64,000 nt of DNA from the IMG/VR virus record IMGVR_UViG_3300002026_000025, positions 71,313-135,312 of that record. One strand, written 5' to 3'. The first letter of the stretch is position 1, and every line of letters starts with the position of its first letter. Below the pieces are notes generated by a model that was given only the letters and a program-made list of their open reading frames with translations, was not told where the DNA came from and did not search any database. The stretch comes from a virus. The translations under genes and the position numbers were made by a program. Below are positions 46,008 to 55,637 of the stretch, piece by piece.

Positions 46008-46091
46008 AAAATCGTATTCCAGATTTTTTCAATCACATATGACTAAATTGAATAGGTATAGTAATGTCTTACTAATACTGTTATTCATTAG
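46008..46091 (+). repeat. Cassette leader copy 5
   Basis: Near-identical to 17826-17910; lacks the hairpin-GAAAGG segment. Confidence 0.9.
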
Positions 46092-46104
46092 TGTAAATCT
46101 GGTG

Positions 46105-46209
46105 ATGGAGCATAAAGCAGAGGCAGCTGCGATTGCAGCTGCTGGCGTTGCTGTGTACAAAACGGCTACAGTTGTATACTCGTACTTTGCTACTAAGACA
46201 GCTGCTTAA
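46105..46209 (+). CDS. 34-aa Ala-rich peptide (cassette cargo, possibly truncated)
   Basis: MEHKAEAAAIAAAGVAVYKTATVVYSYFATKTAA*; weak RBS; the frame is also open back to ATG 46039 inside the promoter motif. Confidence 0.4.
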   Translation: MEHKAEAAAIAAAGVAVYKTATVVYSYFATKTAA

Positions 46210-46257
46210 TAAGCAGCTGTTAAAAAACAACCCATGCGGGGCTCTGTTTTTTTTTTT
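46198..46257 (+). terminator. Cassette 3' element
   Basis: ACAGCTGCTTAATAAGCAGCTGT hairpin then AAAAAACAACCCATGCGGGGCTCTGTTTTTTTT. Confidence 0.75.
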
Positions 46258-46292
46258 CTAAAAATTTATAACCACATATTACTAATATGAGA
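46257..46292 (+). promoter_or_regulatory. Putative early promoter motif
   Basis: CTAAAAATTTATAACCACATATTACTAATATGAG. Confidence 0.55.
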
Positions 46293-46368
46293 TGTGATAC
46301 GTGTATTTAAATATTCTTTAAAGCAATGTGTTGCATTAACTTAAACCTTAACATTAAAAGGAATCAAA

Positions 46369-46713
46369 TTGGCTAGCTTTACTTTTCGCGGTGAAAAATA
46401 TGATATCGCTTTAATTGATAAATTATCTTCATCTGGATATTTAACTTTAGTGGATCGAAGTGATGTGGTTGTTACTGGTACAGGAAATAAACCATCACAA
46501 CCAATTGTTATTAAAATAGATGGAAAGTATTATTTGTTGCGAGGTATGCTTGCACTAAATGAAGATAAAGTTACTGTAAGATGTATAAGTAAAATTACAT
46601 TAAAAAAATGTAAAATAGAACCACCACCACCTGTTGTTAGAGAAACATTTCAACAAAGGTGGAATAATGCTAATGCTAATAATGGTGCAAATAGAAATTG
46701 TTTGCCTTATTAA
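46369..46713 (+). CDS. Hypothetical protein
   Basis: AAGGA RBS before TTG start; 114 aa. Confidence 0.65.
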   Translation: MASFTFRGEKYDIALIDKLSSSGYLTLVDRSDVVVTGTGNKPSQPIVIKIDGKYYLLRGMLALNEDKVTVRCISKITLKKCKIEPPPPVVRETFQQRWNNANANNGANRNCLPY

Positions 46714-46777
46714 ACTTTGTCGGTAAACTGTTTGGTCTAATCAGTACTTATTAGACCGTTTAAAAAGGAAATTAAAA

Positions 46778-47245
46778 ATGGCATCTTCATATAAAGAAGA
46801 AGTTAAAGAAGAAGTAGCAAAACTCTCAAGTAAGCTATATGCTGACCTGAGTGTAGTCGATGGTAAACCTGTACCTGTAGAAAATATTTATTCAAAACAT
46901 TTTCCAGATGATGTTACAATGGGTACGGTTAAAGCTGTACATCGGTATGATAATATATTTCGTCCAGCAATGGTAGATGCTACCGGACGAAAATCAATTG
47001 AGATGATGAAAGAGGATCCGTCACTTGACCAGGTTAAACTAAGTGTACCACTCATTGAAAAAGATCACTTTGATGTTATTGTACACCGAAAACACCCTTT
47101 TCATAATCCAAAAGATGGGTCTGAAGTAATGAAATATGGCCATGTGGAAGCGCAGCTATCTACCTACTCAATGAAGAAGGGTGAAATGTCCGCAGTGAAA
47201 GATCGCCTATCCGCATTAGCACTAGAAACTTTGTGCGAAAAATAA
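46778..47245 (+). CDS. Hypothetical protein
   Basis: AAGGA RBS; 155 aa; followed by a hairpin. Confidence 0.7.
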   Translation: MASSYKEEVKEEVAKLSSKLYADLSVVDGKPVPVENIYSKHFPDDVTMGTVKAVHRYDNIFRPAMVDATGRKSIEMMKEDPSLDQVKLSVPLIEKDHFDVIVHRKHPFHNPKDGSEVMKYGHVEAQLSTYSMKKGEMSAVKDRLSALALETLCEK

Positions 47246-47261
47246 TAGTTACATGTTAAAT

Positions 47262-47300
47262 TCATAGATCCAATACGTTTTAGGCGTATTGGATCTATGA
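47262..47300 (+). terminator. Hairpin, probable terminator
   Basis: TCATAGATCCAATACG / CGTATTGGATCTATGA. Confidence 0.65.
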
Positions 47301-47327
47301 TATAGTTAACAATTATTTTTGTATAAA

Positions 47328-48281
47328 ATGAACGATTTAATATATATAAGTATTGCTTCTTATAATGATCCACTATTATTTTTTACATTAAACGAAATTA
47401 TTATAAAAGCTAAATATCCAGGTAGAATTAGAATTGGCATAGTGGATCAATCACTAGTTGATCAATTGGATGAAATAAAAGAGTTACATTATTCTAAACA
47501 ACTTAGATATGTACATATTGGTCTATCTTATACACAAGGTGCATGTTGGGCACGTAATTTAGCTTTTACTTTATACAATAATGAAAAATATTTATTACAA
47601 ATAGATTCACATACATATTTTGAAAAAAATTGGGATGTTACTTTAGTGAAGCAACACATTGATTTATTAAAAATTAGTTGTAAACCAATTCTTACACAAT
47701 ACCCAGAAGCATTTGAAATTGAAGACGGGAATCCAGTTTTAAAAAGAGTATACCAAAAAGGATACATATATAGACAAAGGCCAAGTGCTCAATATAAATT
47801 AACAGACAATAAATTATCGATGGGGTTTTCTGGGTATCCAGTTAAAACTGATATACCATTAATAAGTTGTCATATATCTGCCGGTTTTTTCTTTTGTAGT
47901 GGTGACTTCATTATGGAAATACCTTATGATCCATATTTGTATTTTACTGGTGAAGAACAAAACCTAACTGTTAGAGCATATACACATGGGTGGGATATAT
48001 ATCACCCAATAACAACACCTTTATTTCATAAATATAAATCAATGTATCGTAATAAAGGGTTAGTTCATACTGATTCAGGACATCAAAAAGACAGAAATTT
48101 TAGTGTGTATGATCTAATGAAACGCTCTGATAAACGATTATTAGATTTATTACATGGGGATGGTTTAAAAGGTATCTATGGTTTAGGCAATGTTAGAACA
48201 TTAAATGATTATATTAAAATGAGTGGAATAGATTATAAAAATTTAACAATTAATGATCCGGTAAATGATATGGTTGCATAA
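47328..48281 (+). CDS. Glycosyltransferase, GT60/'GlcNAc' (Skp1-hydroxyproline GlcNAc transferase-like) family
   Basis: IYISIASYND, GACWAR, LQIDSH (DxH), SAGFFF, PYDPYLYFTGEE, RAYTHGWDIY, YGLGNVRTL. Confidence 0.85.
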   Translation: MNDLIYISIASYNDPLLFFTLNEIIIKAKYPGRIRIGIVDQSLVDQLDEIKELHYSKQLRYVHIGLSYTQGACWARNLAFTLYNNEKYLLQIDSHTYFEKNWDVTLVKQHIDLLKISCKPILTQYPEAFEIEDGNPVLKRVYQKGYIYRQRPSAQYKLTDNKLSMGFSGYPVKTDIPLISCHISAGFFFCSGDFIMEIPYDPYLYFTGEEQNLTVRAYTHGWDIYHPITTPLFHKYKSMYRNKGLVHTDSGHQKDRNFSVYDLMKRSDKRLLDLLHGDGLKGIYGLGNVRTLNDYIKMSGIDYKNLTINDPVNDMVA

Positions 48282-48339
48282 TAGTTTGTAACCATTTTAT
48301 TAATATTTACTTAGTAATACTTTACTTCTTTATTTAATC

Positions 48340-48723
48340 ATGAATACCGATTTCAATAGTTTGACACCTAAATTTAACAATGTCCTGAGAAACATAGTTA
48401 ATAATAATGTAGCAGAAGAAATTGTGATAAAAGTCACAAAGTCCTGTATTACTTTTTATTACACCATTAAAACTCTAGTTAAGGATATACATCGTAAAAT
48501 CCTAAAAGGAGATTATTGTGATCAATGTGTCTCGAATGTTGTTAATGATGTTACACATATGAGAGTATCATTCAGTTTCGATAAAGCCTTAATTTATATT
48601 TCGGAAGCAGCTATTGAAACAACAGCATATACCATTAAGTATTTAAAGAACATGAAAATAACTAAAATTATAGAAGATTTTATTAAATCAATTAATCAAC
48701 ACAGATATCAACTGGCTGTTTGA
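48340..48723 (+). CDS. Hypothetical protein
   Basis: 127-aa ORF, weak RBS. Confidence 0.5.
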   Translation: MNTDFNSLTPKFNNVLRNIVNNNVAEEIVIKVTKSCITFYYTIKTLVKDIHRKILKGDYCDQCVSNVVNDVTHMRVSFSFDKALIYISEAAIETTAYTIKYLKNMKITKIIEDFIKSINQHRYQLAV

Positions 48724-48728
48724 GATAA

Positions 48729-48773
48729 CATAAATGACTACAGTTACCATTGTAGGTAACTGTAGTCATTATG
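48729..48773. terminator. Bidirectional terminator hairpin
   Basis: AATGACTACAGTTACC / GGTAACTGTAGTCATT between convergent genes. Confidence 0.75.
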
Positions 48774-48786
48774 CTGTAAATTTTAA

Positions 48787-49665
48787 TTACGGACGAATAG
48801 CAGTAGAACCAAGAGTTTCTGCACCTTCCTTGTAACCAGAAGATGGTTTTACACTTCCGTTTTCTACATCTGATTGAATCTTCTGTACAAATGCAGGTCT
48901 TGCAAATGGGTTTGCATTTGTTAAGTTGATCTTATCTAATAGAGCTTGTGCAAAACTAATCACGCCTAAACCAGTTTGTGATACACCAGTAAATTCAACG
49001 GTGAGTTCAGAGAGTTCACCACCTGAAGTCAAATCACGCTTACCAGTAATTTCACCGGTAGACTTAGGGAACATGTTTGTAGTCAACCATGCTTTTGCTA
49101 CTTTGGTATGTGTTGGATCAGGTTCAAAAAACAACATTGTAGCTGAATACATATCAGCCAATAAGTCCGTAGCTCGCTTACCCTTTTCCATCGTAGTAAT
49201 AGCAGGGATCTTACTATCAGGGTCACCAATCAGATTGATAATCCAATCATGTAAGAAATTTTGAATTGGACGACCATACATATCCACAAAAGTAAATGAT
49301 GGATTAGTCCGAGCACGTGTAACATTGACAAAATCCTGAAACATTTCGCCACCACCACTAACAGCGGTTTCTGCACCAGCATCCACCTCTAGACCAGATG
49401 CAAAGCCATCAATAGTCTTAGCATGCACTTCTACCATTGCTTTTAATGCATTCACCCAGAAATTAGGTTCTTCTAGTAATTGAAAACCTTTAGGTGCTTC
49501 AATCAAGAGGCACACTAGGTTTCGTCTAACGTAGTGAGTGGTACTTACCCATTCAGCTAGATTGGGTGCATAACCATTTTGACCGCCGTATTGCAAATCT
49601 AATAGAGGTGCTCTACCTTTTGCATATCGACCAGTAATCAGAACTTCTTCAGATAATCTTGACAT
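48787..49665 (-). CDS. Tail tube protein (phiKZ gp30-like)
   Basis: YGGQNG, YVRRN, DMYGRPI, LFFEPDP, AWLTTNMFP; 292 aa directly after the sheath. Confidence 0.85.
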   Translation of the reverse strand: MSRLSEEVLITGRYAKGRAPLLDLQYGGQNGYAPNLAEWVSTTHYVRRNLVCLLIEAPKGFQLLEEPNFWVNALKAMVEVHAKTIDGFASGLEVDAGAETAVSGGGEMFQDFVNVTRARTNPSFTFVDMYGRPIQNFLHDWIINLIGDPDSKIPAITTMEKGKRATDLLADMYSATMLFFEPDPTHTKVAKAWLTTNMFPKSTGEITGKRDLTSGGELSELTVEFTGVSQTGLGVISFAQALLDKINLTNANPFARPAFVQKIQSDVENGSVKPSSGYKEGAETLGSTAIRP

Positions 49666-49700
49666 AATAAATTACTCTTTTCTATAAATGTTTGAATTTT

Positions 49701-49733
49701 AATTCTACACACTTTTTTAAAGTGTGTAGAATT
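49701..49733. promoter_or_regulatory. Hairpin between sheath and tube genes
   Basis: AATTCTACACACTT / AAGTGTGTAGAATT. Confidence 0.45.
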
Positions 49734-49746
49734 TAGTTCTGACTAA

Positions 49747-51933
49747 TTACACAGCTGCGTAATCAGTCATACGATAGGCTTGTACTTGGAGGGTCATAAC
49801 CGTCTTCATGTTATTAGCATAAATTTTGATAGGCAGTGTCCAAGAGAATCCTCTTACTAAGTCTGCATCTGTCAGGTATGCCGCAGGAACGACTTTAAAC
49901 ATACCTGCGAAGCGGCCAACGGTGCGCTGCTCTACGTATGTATTAACTCGGTCCATAAGTTGTGCATTGGTCAATGCAACACTACCAGAAAAAGTTCTCC
50001 AAGCTTGTTCACCAACTTTTTGTAATTCAACACAAGCCATCATCGTAAAGAAACTGTTCAATACTGATGTATCATTGTCGTATACTGTCTTAAGTGCAGG
50101 AAAGAACAAGTTTCTACGAGAGAAAGCTTGCACCCAATTCAGACCTACGTCCCAATCTTTATTACGAACAGCAGCAGGCGTAAATGTGACATTTACGTCA
50201 TCAAACAGTTCAACTTCACTATTAGGTGCACGGTCAAATAACATTTCTGGTTTCCAGAAACCGTCCCCTGCGCCCATCATAGCAGAAGCTTTATTAGCAA
50301 CTTCGATTGTCAACGGGAGTTTCTTTCCATACTGATTATTACGCATTGTACCATAACGGCCAATAATCATACCACGCATTGTAGATGTGCCAAAATAATC
50401 ACTTTCTGGGTACATTTGTAAACGTGTACGTAACGCCACTGCAACAGAATGTTCTTCTGATGCAGACATTGGTGCACCATTTACATCGTAAGTAGATAAT
50501 ACGACTGCGGTATCTTTTCTTTCAGAGATAAATTTGCAAAGAGCTTTCTTTGTCTCTAATGGGAAACCGGAATCATATATAATAGATTCTGGATAAGTAG
50601 CAGTATCTAGAAAATTATTATTTGGATCAGCGTACTGTGCAACTCTATTTGCTACTAATTCAGCAAATGATTCAGGTGGTTCCGTCATAGGTGAACCTTC
50701 CTTAACCATAGATGCTTTAAGTGCAATTAAAGCATCTCCTACAACTGGTGCTTCGTACATTGTACCATCAAATCCTAACCCGGCAAATAGATTTGTATTT
50801 TCTGTTAAGTTGATGCCACCTGCATTAATGACGTATGTGTGATATGGTACATCATTGGAATTTTTACCAGTGAGAAAGTTAAACAAATCAGGATTAGCCA
50901 TTGAATTTGTTGGGGCTAGATCAAACAGATTTTGACCATGTGCAACTTCAGCATCGTAAAATTTATTAATAAGTAAATTAATATTATTTTGAAAAATATG
51001 TGCGCGACCAAAATCACCTAATTTAATAGGGAATCGTGTATCTTTGAGATTTTGATATTTATCAATAAAAATATCACCTAATGAAAACTTAGCATCCGTT
51101 GCAGGATTGATCTGACCTGGCTTGAAACAGAAATCAATATTACCTTCATTGTATTCAGTCGGTGTAATCACTGGAGTTGAACTAACACTTGCACGGCGTA
51201 CTACTGCAATTCTAAATGGATAAACACCTAATGATGACATAACCGTTGCGTTAATACCTGTGTCAATATTAGGAGCCCATAAACGAATACCACAATTATT
51301 AAAATGTGAGCCAAACGAAGATGCTTCTAATCTTAGGATTGGGTATAACATCGATGTGTTAGCTAAATTGGTTACTGGGTCAACTCCAACTTGAGTTCCA
51401 ATTTGTGCAGACACTGAAGTAAATGCACCAGCAGTAACTGTTGAGTTATAGTCATTGTACTGAGGAGTAGTGGCTACCCATTTTGCAACATAACCTGCAA
51501 CTGTAGTACCTGTGTCAATTTTTAAACCAAATGTATCTAGTTTATAAGTACCGTCTGTGTTTCTTTCGTATACCGGTACTTTTGTATAAAGTACATCTAA
51601 AGATAGAAGCAAATTAGATTTAAAATAAACATCATCTGGCAAGATACGCTCAATCATTTGAGCGTTACCTTTTGCATTTACAACATTTGATAGAACGGTT
51701 TGGTGTGTCGCATAGGGCATCCGTAAGTCAAATGTATCATCACCGTACATTTGATTTCTTGAGTTCCCAACAACTAGTTGTGGTGAAGTCGGTCCCTTTT
51801 GCGCGTAAATATAAATTTTCGGCAAATGTGTAGGGATAACTTCAGGTTCAATAAGTGGAGTACGAATAGATAAATCCTGGGTTCCCCGCAGGATGGTCAT
51901 TGGTGCGCCATTTACAATTATATTTGAAGCCAT
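49747..51933 (-). CDS. Contractile tail sheath protein (phiKZ gp29-like)
   Basis: NGAP...GTQD, PTHLP, YDSGFPLETK, YPESDYFGT, TVYDNDTSVLNS, YANNMKTVM. Confidence 0.9.
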   Translation of the reverse strand: MASNIIVNGAPMTILRGTQDLSIRTPLIEPEVIPTHLPKIYIYAQKGPTSPQLVVGNSRNQMYGDDTFDLRMPYATHQTVLSNVVNAKGNAQMIERILPDDVYFKSNLLLSLDVLYTKVPVYERNTDGTYKLDTFGLKIDTGTTVAGYVAKWVATTPQYNDYNSTVTAGAFTSVSAQIGTQVGVDPVTNLANTSMLYPILRLEASSFGSHFNNCGIRLWAPNIDTGINATVMSSLGVYPFRIAVVRRASVSSTPVITPTEYNEGNIDFCFKPGQINPATDAKFSLGDIFIDKYQNLKDTRFPIKLGDFGRAHIFQNNINLLINKFYDAEVAHGQNLFDLAPTNSMANPDLFNFLTGKNSNDVPYHTYVINAGGINLTENTNLFAGLGFDGTMYEAPVVGDALIALKASMVKEGSPMTEPPESFAELVANRVAQYADPNNNFLDTATYPESIIYDSGFPLETKKALCKFISERKDTAVVLSTYDVNGAPMSASEEHSVAVALRTRLQMYPESDYFGTSTMRGMIIGRYGTMRNNQYGKKLPLTIEVANKASAMMGAGDGFWKPEMLFDRAPNSEVELFDDVNVTFTPAAVRNKDWDVGLNWVQAFSRRNLFFPALKTVYDNDTSVLNSFFTMMACVELQKVGEQAWRTFSGSVALTNAQLMDRVNTYVEQRTVGRFAGMFKVVPAAYLTDADLVRGFSWTLPIKIYANNMKTVMTLQVQAYRMTDYAAV

Positions 51934-52106
51934 ATTAAATCAATCCTTAAAAAATGATAATGTTGTTTGTGTGTTATTTTATTCAAAATAAAATAATTCG
52001 ATAACTACTAAATGTAAAATTAACTATTTTCCAATTATATACATGTGGCATACAATTGTGCCAATAAAGTAAAACTGTGTTTAAATTTTAATTAATGGAG
52101 CTATAA

Positions 52107-53060
52107 ATGGCAATCTTTAAAACATCATACAATACCACTGCTTGTTCTGGTTTTAGAACTAAAGAAACAATTGATAAGCTAAAAATAGCGTCTATGTCAA
52201 ATTCGCTTAAAATAGTAAACATTACATTAGATAACTTTGAAACACCAGTTATTCTAAATATAGTTGAAGGTGGGAATTCGCATTCTGATGTAGTTCCTTA
52301 TTTTAACCACCCTATTTTTATGGTAAATAACGATAGTGGTGTTATGGTTGATGTGAGGTGTTTTGGTAAATGGAATTCACAGCAGGGTGAATTTACTGTA
52401 AGAAATAGACCGGAGCATGAATGGAATATCATGCGCAGTGTATTAAATTGTGTTTGGGTTAACGAGAGAACTGAAATTCTACGTGACGTCTCTATTATTC
52501 CTGCATCGGTATATGCTGCTTTAATTAGTGAATGTGTAGCTAGAAAATACGCTTTAGATGCTGCTGAGCAAATCAATATTTCTATTGTTTCTTGTTACTA
52601 TTACTATTGTTTATTTACTGATGAAAAGCATTTTAATGATTCAGATAAAAATAGATTAGCTGGAGCAATAGCTCGTGCTACAAAGATCCCAGCCGATAAA
52701 GTATTTAAAGTTATAGATGATTTAGTTGTATTAAATTCATTAGATGAATTATGCGAAGCCATTAAAACTAAAACAGATAGTGTTAGATTAGATGATTTTA
52801 ATGTTGGTGTTCTTATCGCAATCGCCAGCGGAAATTGGTTTGGTAATAATGCTAGAGAAAACCTGGCAACTGGTTTAGAGCACATACCTACATGGTTGAT
52901 GATTTGTTATGCTGCACTAAACGAAGCAACATTCAAAAGATCAGTATTAGCTAAATTAGTAGATCGGTTTGCAAAAGGTGGTGCTGGGTCAAATTTTGTT
53001 AAATCAATCGACACAATTTTAAATAAAGTTAATTTAGATAAAATTATGTACGGCCAATGA
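52107..53060 (+). CDS. Virion protein (phiKZ gp28-like)
   Basis: Divergent from the sheath; YNTT, FNHP, NWFG...LEHIPTW; GGAG RBS. Confidence 0.7.
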   Translation: MAIFKTSYNTTACSGFRTKETIDKLKIASMSNSLKIVNITLDNFETPVILNIVEGGNSHSDVVPYFNHPIFMVNNDSGVMVDVRCFGKWNSQQGEFTVRNRPEHEWNIMRSVLNCVWVNERTEILRDVSIIPASVYAALISECVARKYALDAAEQINISIVSCYYYYCLFTDEKHFNDSDKNRLAGAIARATKIPADKVFKVIDDLVVLNSLDELCEAIKTKTDSVRLDDFNVGVLIAIASGNWFGNNARENLATGLEHIPTWLMICYAALNEATFKRSVLAKLVDRFAKGGAGSNFVKSIDTILNKVNLDKIMYGQ

Positions 53061-53072
53061 TAAGGATTTATA

Positions 53073-55625
53073 ATGACAGATTTTTTAATAAACCACGCAT
53101 TAGCTAACACGTGGTGTAATCCAGATCAAGATAATCAAGCAATTTTTAAACCAGCTAGAATAACACCAGCATACGGTGTTTTTAATTCATGGAAGCTAAT
53201 GTGGACTACAATAGAGCTACCTATTAAGCAAACATTATTTCATATATTTCAAATAGGTCAGCTATACCCTGCTTTAGCAAACCTATTTGAGAGTAATGAA
53301 AAATGGACATTAATCTCTGAAGTATGTAATCTAAACAGCGTTATATGTGATATTTATCTTTCTAATGGAATTGAATTTCCTAGGTCACAAACCTGGTATA
53401 TGGTTACAGAAGAAAAGAATATTTTATTAGCATTAAAATACGATAGAAATATAAATTTTACTCCCCCCACACAGGATATTTATATTAGAGTATATAGAAA
53501 CGCTTTTTATGCAACCAGATGGAATAGTCATCTTAATGATATTATATTTGTAGAAGGTAAAACTATACTCAATAGTGATGAAATACTTGAGTATAATAAT
53601 AAAATTATCGCTAGAGAGTTATTACCGGGTGAAGTCTATTCTTTCTGTAACGGTTATAAAGTCAGGACACTAGATCCAACTACTGTTAAAATTGGTGATA
53701 CTGTCGAATATGTGTACGATTCATCTATAAAGAAAATAATTGACTTTAATATCCAGACACTAGGTACGTTTGATTCTATATTGGATAGTAAAGGTAAATA
53801 TTTATTACATTACCTAGATAATGAAGCAACTGATAGAATTGATTATAGAGATGAAATTGATTTATTTATAGTAGATATGATAAATCAAAAAGGAGTACGA
53901 TATCATAGAAACCAAGATGATTCATTAAGAATGTTAACTCATAGGGATTACTCTACTCCTGTTAGTTATGTCATGAGTTTCATAGAAAATAATCCCACTG
54001 TTTTAAATAAGAATCGTGCATATATTAGAATGCATATTAGAGACGGTGGTTATTTGCGTGAATGTGTTAATGAGCATAATCGAATAAAAGAATTATACAA
54101 GTTTGATGATACCACAGTAAGTAGAGCACTATTAGGAATTGACTCAACTGTCCCAAATTGGAGAGCGCCATTACTAGAAAACTCAAACTACCCTAAATTA
54201 ATGAGTGAAAAATATTTAAATGTTAATAATGCTCTAGTTGTGTCTGCTTATGGATATAATGCTGTTACTAAATTAATGGCAGATACACCTGTTAAAACAT
54301 TCTTATTTAATGACCAGCTAATTGCATCGGCCCCTGTTTTTTTCACGAATAATAGTACTGCTTTTGAATATGATGAAAATGGTTTGTTTCTCAAACATTA
54401 TACTCACACTGGTGGAGAATTATATAATTGCGTAAATATTAATTGTAAATACGTAGAATTTTTTAATGGTATTGCTACTTCTGTAATAGATGAATATCAT
54501 GATGCAACTATTGTAGATATAAATCCAAACTACGATTTCAGATTATATAAAAAAAGAAGGTACGATATAAATAGTCAATGGGAGGATGCAACTGATAATA
54601 CTGATTTTCAATATAATAGTAATAAAATTTCTTGGCTACAAGATCCGGCTATTGAAACATTATTTAGAACAGATAAAAATTTCTATATTAACACATTTCA
54701 AATTAAATTACCTGACGGTCTTTTTTCTTTTAATCTTACGACTGCAATTAAAGTAGGTGCGATATACGAAGACCGTGTAATGACAATACCAATGGGTGTT
54801 TTAGATATATTTTTGAATGGCCATTATCTAATAGAAAATCTAGATTATTATGTTAATTTCCCAAGAGTTATTATTGTTTCTAAAGATTATCTTAAAGGTG
54901 ATCCAATAACAACAGATCAAGAAATAGTCGTTCGTTTCTTAGGATTATGTAATAAAGATTTAAGTCGAATGAAACCAGCTGAAACTGGGTTTATTAGAAA
55001 CGGTGTGATATCTAATAATCAAATATACAATATACGCGATGATAAAGTTATTAGCGTCTATATTAAAGGCGGAATAAAAGCAAACAGTGATTTAAAGTTC
55101 AATGAAAGTAACCCTAGTTTTGATTTTACTGATGTCAATAACGGAAAACCGTATGTTATAAAAGATACTTTTATTCCTATTAAGAATATTGTAAAAAGAA
55201 ATGTTTACGAATATAGAGATTTATCGTTAATCATAGATAAATCAATATCTGATTACATGACAATAAAAATACCGGAAGTAGAACCAACTACATTAAATCC
55301 TATATTAAATTATCATAATGTATACAGCCCGTTTATATGTAAGATATTATTTGATTTAAGAAACGGTATACTAGATAGTCCATTATTCAATGGTCATTAT
55401 AATGATGATCAATTAAGAGATTTATTAACTCGTTATTTATATATTTTAGAACTAGATCCTATCTATATAAATAATGGTGTAGATACCGATTTTGTAAAAA
55501 TACATCCTCATCATTTATCAAATACTGTTGGCATAAGTAATAAACATTATACTTTTTTAAATAGAGTAGTAATTCTTTATGCAAGTGGGTTGGTAGATTT
55601 ATCGGCCAATGTAATAATAGTTTAA
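53073..55625 (+). CDS. Baseplate/virion structural protein (phiKZ gp27-like)
   Basis: HALANTWCNPDQD, IDYRDE, RMLTHRDYS, AYGYNA, LIENLDY, YSPF. Confidence 0.75.
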   Translation: MTDFLINHALANTWCNPDQDNQAIFKPARITPAYGVFNSWKLMWTTIELPIKQTLFHIFQIGQLYPALANLFESNEKWTLISEVCNLNSVICDIYLSNGIEFPRSQTWYMVTEEKNILLALKYDRNINFTPPTQDIYIRVYRNAFYATRWNSHLNDIIFVEGKTILNSDEILEYNNKIIARELLPGEVYSFCNGYKVRTLDPTTVKIGDTVEYVYDSSIKKIIDFNIQTLGTFDSILDSKGKYLLHYLDNEATDRIDYRDEIDLFIVDMINQKGVRYHRNQDDSLRMLTHRDYSTPVSYVMSFIENNPTVLNKNRAYIRMHIRDGGYLRECVNEHNRIKELYKFDDTTVSRALLGIDSTVPNWRAPLLENSNYPKLMSEKYLNVNNALVVSAYGYNAVTKLMADTPVKTFLFNDQLIASAPVFFTNNSTAFEYDENGLFLKHYTHTGGELYNCVNINCKYVEFFNGIATSVIDEYHDATIVDINPNYDFRLYKKRRYDINSQWEDATDNTDFQYNSNKISWLQDPAIETLFRTDKNFYINTFQIKLPDGLFSFNLTTAIKVGAIYEDRVMTIPMGVLDIFLNGHYLIENLDYYVNFPRVIIVSKDYLKGDPITTDQEIVVRFLGLCNKDLSRMKPAETGFIRNGVISNNQIYNIRDDKVISVYIKGGIKANSDLKFNESNPSFDFTDVNNGKPYVIKDTFIPIKNIVKRNVYEYRDLSLIIDKSISDYMTIKIPEVEPTTLNPILNYHNVYSPFICKILFDLRNGILDSPLFNGHYNDDQLRDLLTRYLYILELDPIYINNGVDTDFVKIHPHHLSNTVGISNKHYTFLNRVVILYASGLVDLSANVIIV

Positions 55626-55637
55626 AGGAAAATAAAA

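Noticed and set aside
46039-46104. Conserved leader peptide MTKLNRY starting at the ATG inside the repeat
   Set aside because: The ATG lies in the promoter-like core with no RBS, and the frame ends differently in each copy.
17826-46257. Leader repeats as a CRISPR array
   Set aside because: Copies are kilobases apart, longer than CRISPR repeats, have no regular spacers, and no cas genes are present.
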